A DNA stretch of 64,000 nucleotides from an uncultured Candidatus Binatia bacterium (GCA_965215605.1 OZ244070.1:1632001-1696000), one strand, 5' to 3'; shown: positions 36,615 through 45,964, numbered from the stretch's first letter. Translations and numbers: made by a program. The notes: generated by a model from the sequence alone, not told the origin.

Positions 36615-36649
36615 AAAAAAAGGGAGGAAGCATGCGGGCTTCCTCCCTT
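36615..36649 (-). terminator. Rho-independent terminator after the cupin gene
   Basis: AAGGGAGGAAG-loop-CTTCCTCCCTT followed by a T tract. Confidence 0.85.
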
Positions 36650-36668
36650 GGTCACAAGCCCTTTTCGT

Positions 36669-37769
36669 TTAAGCCGCGGGCTTCGTGTACACGCCGGAAT
36701 CCATTCTCGACTCGGCCCCAAGCTTGGTCATATCAGCCTCGAACATCTCGCGGATGTACTTCGGCTGGTCGTAGTACTCGATCTGGTTCCCGCCGGACTT
36801 CACGTCCTTGTCGACCTTGGAGATGTCTCCGTAGCCCTCGCCCATGCTGTGCTTGATGCCGCCGAAACGCAACGGCAGGTAGCGCGCGCCGCTGGGGCCG
36901 AGGTTGAAGTGCTGGTGGAACATCATCTCCGGCGGCACGAACACGCTGCCGTCCTGCCAGTCGTAGCGCTTGGGCTCCTCGCCTTCCCACCAGAACAGCG
37001 AGAAACCCTGCCCTTTGATGATGATGACGTTGAAACCGGGCCCGTGGCGGTGGGCCTTCTTGTAGGTCCCTACGGGGAACTCCGAGATGTGCGCCGCCAT
37101 GGTGCCGTCGCACATTTCCAGGAAGACGTTCTTGCCGCCCGCGCCCCGCTCCTTCCACTCCTGGAGGTTGAAGGTGCGCGTGTCGGCGATGAAGTTGGTC
37201 TCCCAGATGCGGCCGGGATGCTGCGTGCCCTGGCTGGAGAAATAGTCCGGCCGCCCGTCGAAGCGGTCCGCGAAGTCGTAGGGCGTGTTGAAGATGAAGT
37301 CGTCGTTGTGGAACAGGCTGAAGACGATGGGCATGTTGTTGACGGAGAACAGCCGCGCCGGCTTGTCACCCTGGCCGTTGAAGTGCTGGTGATGTACGTT
37401 CAACGGGACCGAAATGAGGCTCCCTTCCTGCCACTCGAAGGTCTGCTTGGCGCCCTTGTCGTTCCAGATGGTGGTGGCGCCGCGGCCCTGCACCACCAGA
37501 ATCAGCTCTTCGTAGAGATGGCGCATGGGGTTCAGGCTCTTCCCCGGCGCGATCTCGACGATGTAGGCGCCGGTGGCGTCGCCCGCTCCCTCCATGTTGA
37601 AGAGGGTCCCGTCACCGCCCATGCGGTCCCACCACTTGAGCGGCACCTCCTTCAGGTCCTTGATGAAGAATGTCTCGACGACCGGGATTCCTTCGTCCTT
37701 CTGCCACTTGTAGAAGAAGGGGATGTTGTCCATCGTGGTGGTTTCAGTCTCTTGTGCCGGCTTGGCCAT
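36669..37769 (-). CDS. Bicupin domain protein
   Basis: Two cupin motifs (HLYEE...PLNVHHQHFN; KAHRHGPG...PPEMMFHQHFN). Confidence 0.85.
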   Translation of the reverse strand: MAKPAQETETTTMDNIPFFYKWQKDEGIPVVETFFIKDLKEVPLKWWDRMGGDGTLFNMEGAGDATGAYIVEIAPGKSLNPMRHLYEELILVVQGRGATTIWNDKGAKQTFEWQEGSLISVPLNVHHQHFNGQGDKPARLFSVNNMPIVFSLFHNDDFIFNTPYDFADRFDGRPDYFSSQGTQHPGRIWETNFIADTRTFNLQEWKERGAGGKNVFLEMCDGTMAAHISEFPVGTYKKAHRHGPGFNVIIIKGQGFSLFWWEGEEPKRYDWQDGSVFVPPEMMFHQHFNLGPSGARYLPLRFGGIKHSMGEGYGDISKVDKDVKSGGNQIEYYDQPKYIREMFEADMTKLGAESRMDSGVYTKPAA

Positions 37770-37902
37770 GTGCTCCTCCGAATCTTCCAGTAAAATTCAA
37801 GAGCTATCTCTTACATGAGGCGTTTTGAAAATACAAGAACCGTCTGGGCGCCATGCCCCTGCGAGCAAATGCCTGCGGTCACGGACCGTCTTGACATACA
37901 GC

Positions 37903-37932
37903 AATTACTAATTTACCTATAAATTAGTAATT
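37903..37932. repeat. AT-rich palindrome upstream of fic (site L)
   Basis: AATTACTAATTT-ACCTAT-AAATTAGTAATT. Confidence 0.9.
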
Positions 37933-37947
37933 TTGCTGGAATCGCCC

Positions 37948-39291
37948 ATGAAGATCCCACAAACCCCGCCCAGCCTCACGGAGATACTCGCGAACCTGAA
38001 GGAGCCCGACCAGATCAGGCGGATGACCGAGATACTCGCAGGCCAGGGAATCAGCCCCTCACAGGGGAAGAAGTACCGGCATTGGGAAAACCTCCGTCGC
38101 GTCCAGTCCCCGACCGGACTCTCGTCCGAAGAATGGTGGGCGGCCGTGAAATTCGCCCGCCGCCAGACACGCAGGACCATTCCTCTGAAGGACAAGGACG
38201 GGAACGCCTTCGGCTACTGCCTCGCGGACCCCGTGCTCGAATCCCTGTATGAAATCGACCGGAACGTAAGCGGGAGAATCACGGCAACCGACCAGCTCCT
38301 GAATCCACAAACCCGGGACCGTTATGTCATGAGTTCCCTGATCGAGGAGGCCATCACTTCGAGCCAACTCGAAGGGGCCTCCACAACGCGCGACGCGGCA
38401 AAGCAAATGATTCGCTCCGGCCGAAATCCCATGAATCGAAGCGAGAGGATGATCCTCAACAACTACCGGGCGATCCAACGGGTCAAGGAACTCACCGCCC
38501 AGCCCCTCACCCCTGAGATCGTTTTCACGATCCACGAGACGCTGATCGATGGAACCCTCGGGGAAGACCAGACCGGCAACCATCTGCGGATACCGGGTGA
38601 CGGCGTCGCCGTCTATTACGACGGGGATGGAACCCTGCTCCATACTCCCCCGCCCGCGCGAGAGATCGCCCGTCGCATGGCCGCCATGTGTGAGTTCGCG
38701 AACAAGAAGCAGACGGACACCTTTCTGCACCCGATCCTCAAAGCGATTATCCTCCATTTCTGGCTTGCCTACGACCACCCCTTCGTCGACGGCAACGGCA
38801 GGACCGCAAGAGCACTGTTCTATTGGTCCGCACTCTCACAGGATTTCTGGATGTTCGAGTTTCTTTCGATTTCCGCCGTCATTCGGAGATCGCCCACCCG
38901 GTATGCCAAGTCTTTCCTCTACACCGAGACCGACGAGAACGATCTGACCTACTTTCTCTTGGCTCAGCTTCAAGTCATCCGGCAGGCCATCAAGGCCTTG
39001 TACACATACCTCGACAAGAAAGCGCGGGAGATTCAAAGCATCGAGAAGATTCTTCAATCCCAAATCTCGATCAACCACCGGCAACTGGCGCTACTCGGGC
39101 ATGCCCTGCGCCACCCGGGGGCGCGCTACACGATAGACACGCACAAAAAGACCCACAGAGTCACGTACCAGACGGCTCGGACCGACCTTCTCGATCTTTT
39201 CTCGCGGAACCTGCTCGTCAGGACGAAGACCGGGCAGTATTTCACCTTCACCGCGCCCTCTGACTTGGCGAAGCGGCTGACGGTCCTGTGA
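37948..39291 (+). CDS. Fic family AMPylase (class II) with C-terminal wHTH-like domain
   Basis: HPFVDGNGRTAR catalytic motif; N-terminal inhibitory SSQLEG; C-terminal NHRQLALL...TYQTARTDLLDL helix pattern; start moved to ATG at 37948. Confidence 0.92.
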   Translation: MKIPQTPPSLTEILANLKEPDQIRRMTEILAGQGISPSQGKKYRHWENLRRVQSPTGLSSEEWWAAVKFARRQTRRTIPLKDKDGNAFGYCLADPVLESLYEIDRNVSGRITATDQLLNPQTRDRYVMSSLIEEAITSSQLEGASTTRDAAKQMIRSGRNPMNRSERMILNNYRAIQRVKELTAQPLTPEIVFTIHETLIDGTLGEDQTGNHLRIPGDGVAVYYDGDGTLLHTPPPAREIARRMAAMCEFANKKQTDTFLHPILKAIILHFWLAYDHPFVDGNGRTARALFYWSALSQDFWMFEFLSISAVIRRSPTRYAKSFLYTETDENDLTYFLLAQLQVIRQAIKALYTYLDKKAREIQSIEKILQSQISINHRQLALLGHALRHPGARYTIDTHKKTHRVTYQTARTDLLDLFSRNLLVRTKTGQYFTFTAPSDLAKRLTVL

Positions 39292-39293
39292 TC

Positions 39294-39323
39294 AATTACT
39301 AATTTATAAACAGATTAGTAATT
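39294..39323. repeat. AT-rich palindrome downstream of fic (site R)
   Basis: AATTACTAATTT-ATAAAC-AGATTAGTAATT, 2 nt after the fic stop. Confidence 0.9.
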
Positions 39324-39364
39324 GATTGGTATGTTGTGGGACACGCTGTCCGACACACCCTTGT

Positions 39365-39394
39365 TTGACACCCTGGATCACGCTTCCCTATAGT
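39365..39394 (+). promoter_or_regulatory. Putative sigma70 promoter of the M24/ThrC-like/LLM operon
   Basis: TTGACA-N18-TATAGT. Confidence 0.7.
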
Positions 39395-39441
39395 CAGTCC
39401 TTCCGCTGCATAGCTGCATTCCAACTCCAGGGAGAACTCCA

Positions 39442-40629
39442 ATGTGGATCAACGAACCGCGGGCCAACCGCGTGCTGGCCGAGCGGGACCTCGACGGCCT
39501 GATGGCCGCCACCAACATTCCCAACGTCTTCTACCTGAGCGGGGTGTGGCGCCGGCAGGACATTGCCGCCGTCGTCACCCGGGACGCAGTCACGGCGCCC
39601 TGGCTGGTGATTCCCCGGGGCGAGGTGGACTACATGGTGGACACGGTGCCGCCCGCGGGGGTGGCCACCTACGGCACCTTCCACCGTGTCATGGAGGACA
39701 ACGGGCCGCTCACCCCTCGTGAGGAACGCATCCGCGAGATCGGCATCGACCTGGAGCCGGTGAAGGACTTCTTCGAGGGCCTCGTCCGCACGCTGGAGAA
39801 CGCCGGCCTCGACCGGAGCCGGCTCGGCTACGACGAACGGGGCCTGGACCCGGCGCTGGCCCAGCGGTTGAAGGAGCGGCTGCCGCATCTGGAGCTGGTG
39901 CCGGCCATGTCGGCGTTCCGGGAGATCCGCATGGTCAAGAGCGCCGCCGAGATCGAGCGCATGACCGAGGCGGTGCGGGTCACCGAGGAGTCCATCTACG
40001 AGGCCGCCCACGAGGCCCGGGAGGGCATGGCCGAGGCGGAGATGTGCATGGCCTTCGACCTGGGACAGGTGCGGCGCGGCGCCGAGCCCAACATGAACCA
40101 CGTGGGCTTCGGCCGGAGCGCCGCCCTGGGCATGACCAATGTGCCGGAAGACACGCTCAAGGTAGGCGACATGATCCGTTTCGACGTGGGATGCCTCTAC
40201 AAGGGCTACCTCACGGACATGTCGCGCACCTTTTTCTTCGGCTCGCCGGACAAGAAATTCTCCAGTTATTACAATGCCATACTTAAAGGCCAAGATCTGG
40301 CCCTAAGCCTCATCAAGCCGGGCAAGATCGCCTCGGAGATCTTCAACGACACGGTAGCCGAGGTACGCGAGACCGGCATCCCCCACTACGGCCGCCAACA
40401 TGTGGGACACGGCATCGGCCTGGGCCTCGGCGGCTACGACCGCCCCACCATCTCCCCCGGCGACGACACGCCGCTGGAGGCCGGCATGGTGCTGTGCATC
40501 GAGACCCCCTACTACGAGATGGGCTGGGGCAGCGTCCAGGTGGAAGACATGATCGTGGTGACCGAAGACGGCTACCGGCGGCTCACCTCGTCGCCTCGGC
40601 ACCTCCAGGTACTGGAGCCGCGTACCTGA
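39442..40629 (+). CDS. M24 family (Xaa-Pro peptidase/creatinase-like) hydrolase
   Basis: DVG...YLTDMSRT, HVGHGIGL, IETP, VEDM. Confidence 0.9.
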   Translation: MWINEPRANRVLAERDLDGLMAATNIPNVFYLSGVWRRQDIAAVVTRDAVTAPWLVIPRGEVDYMVDTVPPAGVATYGTFHRVMEDNGPLTPREERIREIGIDLEPVKDFFEGLVRTLENAGLDRSRLGYDERGLDPALAQRLKERLPHLELVPAMSAFREIRMVKSAAEIERMTEAVRVTEESIYEAAHEAREGMAEAEMCMAFDLGQVRRGAEPNMNHVGFGRSAALGMTNVPEDTLKVGDMIRFDVGCLYKGYLTDMSRTFFFGSPDKKFSSYYNAILKGQDLALSLIKPGKIASEIFNDTVAEVRETGIPHYGRQHVGHGIGLGLGGYDRPTISPGDDTPLEAGMVLCIETPYYEMGWGSVQVEDMIVVTEDGYRRLTSSPRHLQVLEPRT

Positions 40630-40651
40630 ACGTCGAGCGATCCAGATCCAT

Positions 40652-41920
40652 ATGAGCCACCTTACCGGCCTCGCTTGCATCCGATGCGGCGCGTCTTTCG
40701 GCATCGAGCCCCGCTTCGACGGATGCCCGGAATGCCGGCGGGAGGCCCCCGCCAACCTCACGCCCCGGTACGACCTGGATGCCGCCGCCCGGGAACTCTC
40801 CGTCGGGTCGCTTCGGGACCGGCCCACCGGCATGCGGCGCTACCGGGAGTTGCTGCCCCCGGATGTCCAGGATGCCGCCTCCCTGGGCGAAGGGGAGACG
40901 CCGCTGCTCCACTGTGAACGCTACGGGCGCCGGCTCGGGCTCGAGCGGCTCTACCTGAAAGACGAATCGCAGAATCCATCCGGCTCCTTCAAGGACCGCC
41001 TGGCGTTCACCGCCCTGGCCATGGCCAAGCGGTTCGGTGCCAAGGCCGTGGGGGTCAGCTCCACCGGCAACGCCGGCGCCGCGGCCGCGGCCTACGCCGC
41101 CCGTATCGGGCTGCCCTGCATCGTCCTCACCGTCCAGGGCGCCGCCTCCGCCATCGTCACCCAGATGCGGGCCTACGGCGCCATGGTGATGGCCACCCGC
41201 ACCAAGGCCGACCGCTGGAAGCTCCTGCAGACCGGGGTGGCCGAGTGGGGCTGGTACCCGACCTCGCCCTACTTCGGGCCGCCGGTAGGCAGCAACCCCT
41301 ACGGCGTGGACGGCTACAAGACCCTGGCCTACGAGACCTGCGAGCAGATGGACTGGGAGCCGCCCGACTGGTGCGTGCTGCCGGTGGCATACGGCGACGC
41401 CCTGTTCGGCATGTGGAAGGGCTTCGACGAACTTGCCGCCCTGGGGTTGATCCCCAGGAAGCCGCGCATGGTGGCGGCGGAGATGGCCGGCTGCCTGAGT
41501 ACCGCGCTCGCCTCCGGCGAGGACGCCATCCCGGAGATCGCCGCGCCAACGCCCTACGTCGCCGGCTCCATCAGTGTAAACCAAAGCACCTATCAGGCGC
41601 TGCATGCGCTGCGCGCCTCCGGCGGGACGGCACGGGTGGCAAGCAACGATGAATTGCTGGGCCTGCAACGGGATCTTGCGGCGGACGAAGGCATCTATGC
41701 CGAGCCGTCGTCGCTGGCCGCCCTTGCCGCGGTGGGCCGCCTGTGCGAAGAAGGCCGCATCAGCCGGAGTGACACGGTGGTGGTCGTCAACACCGCCAGC
41801 GGCCTCAAGGACACCGCCGCCACCGCGGGAGCCGCGCCTGAGATCCCCACCGTGGGCGGCGACATCGCGCGATTCCTGGAGGCCCTGGAGGAAGCCTACG
41901 GCTTTCGCGCGGAGGCATGA
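40652..41920 (+). CDS. Threonine synthase-like PLP-dependent enzyme
   Basis: CxxC...CxxC N-terminus, SLGEGETPL, NPSGSFKDR, SSTGNAG, TASGLKD. Confidence 0.85.
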   Translation: MSHLTGLACIRCGASFGIEPRFDGCPECRREAPANLTPRYDLDAAARELSVGSLRDRPTGMRRYRELLPPDVQDAASLGEGETPLLHCERYGRRLGLERLYLKDESQNPSGSFKDRLAFTALAMAKRFGAKAVGVSSTGNAGAAAAAYAARIGLPCIVLTVQGAASAIVTQMRAYGAMVMATRTKADRWKLLQTGVAEWGWYPTSPYFGPPVGSNPYGVDGYKTLAYETCEQMDWEPPDWCVLPVAYGDALFGMWKGFDELAALGLIPRKPRMVAAEMAGCLSTALASGEDAIPEIAAPTPYVAGSISVNQSTYQALHALRASGGTARVASNDELLGLQRDLAADEGIYAEPSSLAALAAVGRLCEEGRISRSDTVVVVNTASGLKDTAATAGAAPEIPTVGGDIARFLEALEEAYGFRAEA

Positions 41921-41922
41921 AG

Positions 41923-42015
41923 CCGTCATGAAACACATCCGTCATTGCCGCATCCCCCTTTGTCATTCCTGCAACCCCTCGGTCATTCCCGCGAAAGCGG
42001 GAATCCGGGGGCGGG
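41923..42015. repeat. REP-like family A, copy 3, with tandem GTCAT lead-in units
   Basis: GTCATT at 41941, 41962 and 41982, the last opening gtcattcccgcgaaagcgggaatcc. Confidence 0.8.
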
Positions 42016-42034
42016 GCGGAGGGCCTGACCACTC

Positions 42035-43039
42035 ATGAAATTCAGCATCCAGCTCCCCACCTGTACCGAAGGCTTGGTCAACCCCGTGCCGTTCGTAGAA
42101 CCGGCAGCGTTCGTCCACATGGCGCAGGAGGCCGAGCGGCTGGGCTACGACGCCGTCTGGGGCAACGACCACGTCACCCCGGCGGCCTACGCGCGGCAGA
42201 AATGGCCGGAGCCGCCCAACTTCTACGAAGTGTTGGTGACCCTGGCCACGGTGGGCGCCCGCACCACCCGCATCCGGCTGGGCACGGCCGTGCTGGTGAT
42301 GCCGCTGCGGGACCCGGTGCTGCTGGCCAAGCAGGTGAGCACCCTGGACCGGTTCACCGGCGGCCGGGTGATCCTGGGCACCGGCATCGGCGCCTACCGG
42401 GAGGAGTTCGACGCCCAGTGGCCGAGGCGGAAGGCGGAGCGCCGCGGCGACCTGCTGGACGAGAGCCTGGCGGCGCTGCAATGCCTGTTTCGGGACGCCG
42501 ACGCCAGCTACGAGGGGCGCCATATCGCCTTCCGGAACATCGCCATGCGCCCCAAGCCGCTACAGGACCCGCTTCCCATCTTCGTGGGCGGGCACAACGA
42601 AGCCATGATCCAACGCGCGGCCCGCCTCGGCCAGGGATGGCTCCCGGGCTGGCGGCCTTTCGAGCAGATCGTGGAACGCGTGGCGCTGCTGCGGCGGCTC
42701 ACGGAGGAGGCCGGACGGCATCCCCGGGCAGTCGAGGCGTGTTCTCAATTCACTCTCTGCATCGGCAAGACCGTGGAGGAGGCGCGCGCCCGCTACCGTA
42801 GCACCGGCATGGTCCAGCACCGGGTATCCCTGGCGCACACCGGCCGGGATCCGGCCCTGGCCGAGAACAACAACCTCATCGGCAGCCCGGCCAGCATCCT
42901 GGAGCAGGTGGCGTTCCTGGAAAAGGGCGGCATCGACCACGTATGCGCGTTGCAGTTCCCCTCGGATACCGGCACGGAGATGCTGGAGCAGATCCAATGG
43001 CTGGCCGAGGAGGTCATGAAGCCGTTCAACGGCGCGTAG
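42035..43039 (+). CDS. LLM-class flavin/F420-dependent oxidoreductase
   Basis: AERLGYDAVWGNDH, IRLGTAVLVMPLRDPVLLAKQ, GRVILGTGIG. Confidence 0.9.
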   Translation: MKFSIQLPTCTEGLVNPVPFVEPAAFVHMAQEAERLGYDAVWGNDHVTPAAYARQKWPEPPNFYEVLVTLATVGARTTRIRLGTAVLVMPLRDPVLLAKQVSTLDRFTGGRVILGTGIGAYREEFDAQWPRRKAERRGDLLDESLAALQCLFRDADASYEGRHIAFRNIAMRPKPLQDPLPIFVGGHNEAMIQRAARLGQGWLPGWRPFEQIVERVALLRRLTEEAGRHPRAVEACSQFTLCIGKTVEEARARYRSTGMVQHRVSLAHTGRDPALAENNNLIGSPASILEQVAFLEKGGIDHVCALQFPSDTGTEMLEQIQWLAEEVMKPFNGA

Positions 43040-43065
43040 GGGCTACAACCGACACCACAACGAAT

Positions 43066-43119
43066 CGTCATTCCCGCAAACGCATGTCCCTGACTCCGAT
43101 CGGGGGCGGGAATCCAGGG
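43066..43119. repeat. REP-like family A, copy 4, with expanded loop
   Basis: cgtcattcccgc-[28 nt]-gcgggaatccaggg. Confidence 0.75.
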
Positions 43120-43138
43120 TGGGGAGGGGAAGAATTTC

Positions 43139-44101
43139 ATGACACAGGCAAGAACCGCCATAGGCTACCTGCTGCCCACGCGTGAAGTGGTGATGGCGCA
43201 GGCGACGCCCGATTGCAGCCGCATCGTCCAACTGGCGGAGCGCGCCGAGGCACTGGGCTTCGACTCCGTCTGGGTGGGGGACAGCATTCTCGCCCGGCCG
43301 CGCCTGGAACCGCTGACCACGCTGGCCGCCGCGGCGTCGCGCACCAACCGGGTGAAGCTGGGGACCGCGGTGCTGCTCCCGGCCCTGCGCCACCCCGTGG
43401 TGCTCGCCAACGAGGCGGCCAACCTCGATCTCCTGTGCAACGGCCGGCTGATCCTGGGAATCGGCATCGCCGGCAACAACAACAGCGTCGAGCGGGAGTT
43501 CACCGCCTGCGGCGTCGACTTCCGGCGACGCATCGGCGTCTTCGAGGAAGGCGTCACCCTGATGCGGCGGTTGTGGACGGAACCGGAAGTGACCTTCCAC
43601 GGACGCCACTTCCGGCTCGACGGCGTCCGCCTGGGTCTTCGGCCGGCCCAGGCTTCGGGCATACCGCTCTGGCTCGCCGGCGGCGTGGACAACGCGCTGC
43701 GCCGGGTGCTGCGGCTGGGGGACGGCTGGTTCCCGCTGCCCAAGTCTCCGGAGCAGTTCGGCCGCCATTGGCAGCGGCTCGAAGAGCTGGGACAGGAGAT
43801 GGGGCAGAACGCCGGCCGGCTCGCCCGGGCCGTCTACGTCTCCGTCAACCTGAACGACGATGCTGCCCAAGCCGAGCGGGAGATGCGCGCGTTCATGGAA
43901 GGCTATTACAACGTACCCTACGAAACCATGACGGCCGTGCAACCGCCGTACAACGGCCCCGCGGCCGGCTGCATCGAATGGCTGCAGGCGTTCGTCGAGC
44001 AGGGTGCCGGGACCATCGTGGTGCGTTTCGGCGCGCCGGACCAGCCGCTCCAGCAGGAACGCTTCGCCGCCGACGTGCTGCCGGCGTTGCGCGCGGGGTA
44101 G
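43139..44101 (+). CDS. LLM-class flavin/F420-dependent oxidoreductase
   Basis: AEALGFDSVWVGDS, KLGTAVLLPALRHPVVLA, GRLILGIG. Confidence 0.9.
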   Translation: MTQARTAIGYLLPTREVVMAQATPDCSRIVQLAERAEALGFDSVWVGDSILARPRLEPLTTLAAAASRTNRVKLGTAVLLPALRHPVVLANEAANLDLLCNGRLILGIGIAGNNNSVEREFTACGVDFRRRIGVFEEGVTLMRRLWTEPEVTFHGRHFRLDGVRLGLRPAQASGIPLWLAGGVDNALRRVLRLGDGWFPLPKSPEQFGRHWQRLEELGQEMGQNAGRLARAVYVSVNLNDDAAQAEREMRAFMEGYYNVPYETMTAVQPPYNGPAAGCIEWLQAFVEQGAGTIVVRFGAPDQPLQQERFAADVLPALRAG

Positions 44102-44188
44102 CCGGCCGCCGAACCGCCGGTCCCGCGCGGCTTTCTCCGGAGAAACCGCGGGGAGAGCCGGCTATACCCAGCAAGGAAACACCGAGGA

Positions 44189-45229
44189 ATGAGCGAGATT
44201 CAATTCGACCTGGGCTTCAGCTCGCGGACCGTGGCCTCCTACCCGCTGGCCCGGCGCGTGGCCATCATCAAGAGCGCGGAGGCCCTCGGCTTCGACCGCC
44301 TGTGGCACTCCAACGAGAAGTTCGGCCGCGACATGGTGGCCAACATGACCCTGAGCGCCGCCCACACCGAGCGCATCGGCATCGGCGCCGCGGTCACCGA
44401 CCCCTACAGCGTCCATCCGGCCCTGACCGCTGCGGCCATGGCCACCGTGGACGACATCTCCTCCGGCCGCGTCATCGTGGGCATCGGCGCCGGCGGCTCC
44501 GGCTTCCCCGCCATGGGCGTCCAGCGGGAACGTCCGGTGGCCGCCATGGCCGACGCCATCGCCATCATGCGAGGCATGTGGTCCGGCAAGCCCGCGACGG
44601 TGGACGGCAAGGTGGTGAGCGTGAAGAACGGCGTGCTGGGATTCAAGGCCCGGCCCGACATCCGCATCATCATCGCCAGCCGCGGCCCGGCGGTTTTCCG
44701 CCTGACCGGGCGCGTCGCCGACGGCGCCATGATCGCCACCATGGCCACCCCCGAAGGTGTCGGCACCGCTTGGGACTTCGTCCGGCAGGGCGCGCGACAG
44801 GCCGGCCGCGACCCCGAGGAGATCGAGATCATCTCGAGGGTCGACACCTGCGTGGACCGGGACCGCGACAAGGCCCGGGCCGGAGTCAGGCAGATGATCG
44901 CCTTCCTGTTGTGGAGCAGCTACCCCAACCGGGACTTCGTCACCCAGTTGGGCATGGCGGTCCCCGCCGAACTGGAGGCCATGATCGCCAAGCGGGACTA
45001 CGAGCTCATGTTCGAGGCCGGACCGCTGGTGCCCGAGGAGTTCGTCGACGCCTTCGCCTGGGCCGGCACCCCCGAGGAAGTCGCCGCCAAGATCATCCGC
45101 ATCGCCGAAATGGGCATCCGCCGCTTCGGCACCTGGGTGCTGGCCCCGCCGGGAGGCGGGATCGAGTCGGTGATTCAGTTGATCGCGGAGGAGGTGATGC
45201 CCAGGGTGCGGGCACCTCGCCGTCTTTAA
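44189..45229 (+). CDS. LLM-class (Mer-like) oxidoreductase
   Basis: AEALGFDRLW, IGAAVTDPYSVHPALTAAA, SGRVIVGIGAG. Confidence 0.88.
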   Translation: MSEIQFDLGFSSRTVASYPLARRVAIIKSAEALGFDRLWHSNEKFGRDMVANMTLSAAHTERIGIGAAVTDPYSVHPALTAAAMATVDDISSGRVIVGIGAGGSGFPAMGVQRERPVAAMADAIAIMRGMWSGKPATVDGKVVSVKNGVLGFKARPDIRIIIASRGPAVFRLTGRVADGAMIATMATPEGVGTAWDFVRQGARQAGRDPEEIEIISRVDTCVDRDRDKARAGVRQMIAFLLWSSYPNRDFVTQLGMAVPAELEAMIAKRDYELMFEAGPLVPEEFVDAFAWAGTPEEVAAKIIRIAEMGIRRFGTWVLAPPGGGIESVIQLIAEEVMPRVRAPRRL

Positions 45230-45310
45230 CTGTCCTCTTGACCGTAACCGCGTCGCCAATCTCAGCGTCGGAGTCCGATTAATCCCCTGAATTGGGGATG
45301 CAGGCTGGAA

Positions 45311-45721
45311 CTAAACGGGCAGGGTACCTACCTGGACGCGATGGGCCGCGCGGATGAGTTCCTTGTCCAGCGTAGCCAAGGGCAACCGTCGGCGCGCGGC
45401 AAGCTCGAGATAGGCCGCGTCGTAGGTGGTCAGGCCTTCATTTCGGGCAAGCGTCAATATTTCCCGGAACGCCCGGCCTTCGGTTTCCGTGTCCGTTACG
45501 ATGGGAGAACGATCCAGCAGATCCAGGAAGCCGGCAATCTGGGCATTGGTTATGCGTTTTAGTCGTTCCGCCCTTGCCAGAACATTCCCCAGCTCCAGAC
45601 GCCAGAGCGCGGGTACCAGCGCTACCGAGTCTTTCAGGCGGTCCAGCAGTTCGTCTGTCTGCGACGTGGACTCGTCCTCGAACAGCCAGGCGACGGTGAT
45701 GGAACAGTCCAGCACGAACAT
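45311..45721 (-). CDS. VapC/PIN-domain toxin
   Basis: FVLDCS, ELGNVL, LTTYDAAYLELA, LATLD. Confidence 0.92.
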   Translation of the reverse strand: MFVLDCSITVAWLFEDESTSQTDELLDRLKDSVALVPALWRLELGNVLARAERLKRITNAQIAGFLDLLDRSPIVTDTETEGRAFREILTLARNEGLTTYDAAYLELAARRRLPLATLDKELIRAAHRVQVGTLPV

Positions 45722-45724
45722 CGT

Positions 45725-45964
45725 TCACCGGCGCCCTTCATCGCGTAGCTTCTTCCAGTCCAGACCTCCGAGCTTCAGACCCGCCCGAAGGCTGCGAATG
45801 CCCTCGATCACGCGTTCCGTCGCCACCCGTTGCGCTTCCCCGGCAGCTACGAGGCGAGCTATCGGAACACCGCGGCGGGTAATGACCACTTCCTCTCCCT
45901 GGGTGACCTTGTCGAGCAGCGACGACAGATGTGTCTTCGCCTCGAACGCTCCGACTTCGATCAT
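45725..45964 (-). CDS. Phd/YefM family antitoxin
   Basis: VGAFEAKTHLSSLLDKV...VVITRRGVPIARL; start moved to ATG at 45964. Confidence 0.92.
   Translation of the reverse strand: MIEVGAFEAKTHLSSLLDKVTQGEEVVITRRGVPIARLVAAGEAQRVATERVIEGIRSLRAGLKLGGLDWKKLRDEGRR

Noticed and set aside
37903-37932. The fic-flanking palindromes as the chromosomal dif site
   Set aside because: No match to XerC/XerD arm consensus, the arms are symmetric, and the region is parS-proximal rather than terminus-like.
41923-42015. Periodic GTCAT units as a CRISPR array
   Set aside because: The repeat is only 5-6 bp with about 15-nt spacing, there are few units and no cas genes. No CRISPR array was seen in the window.
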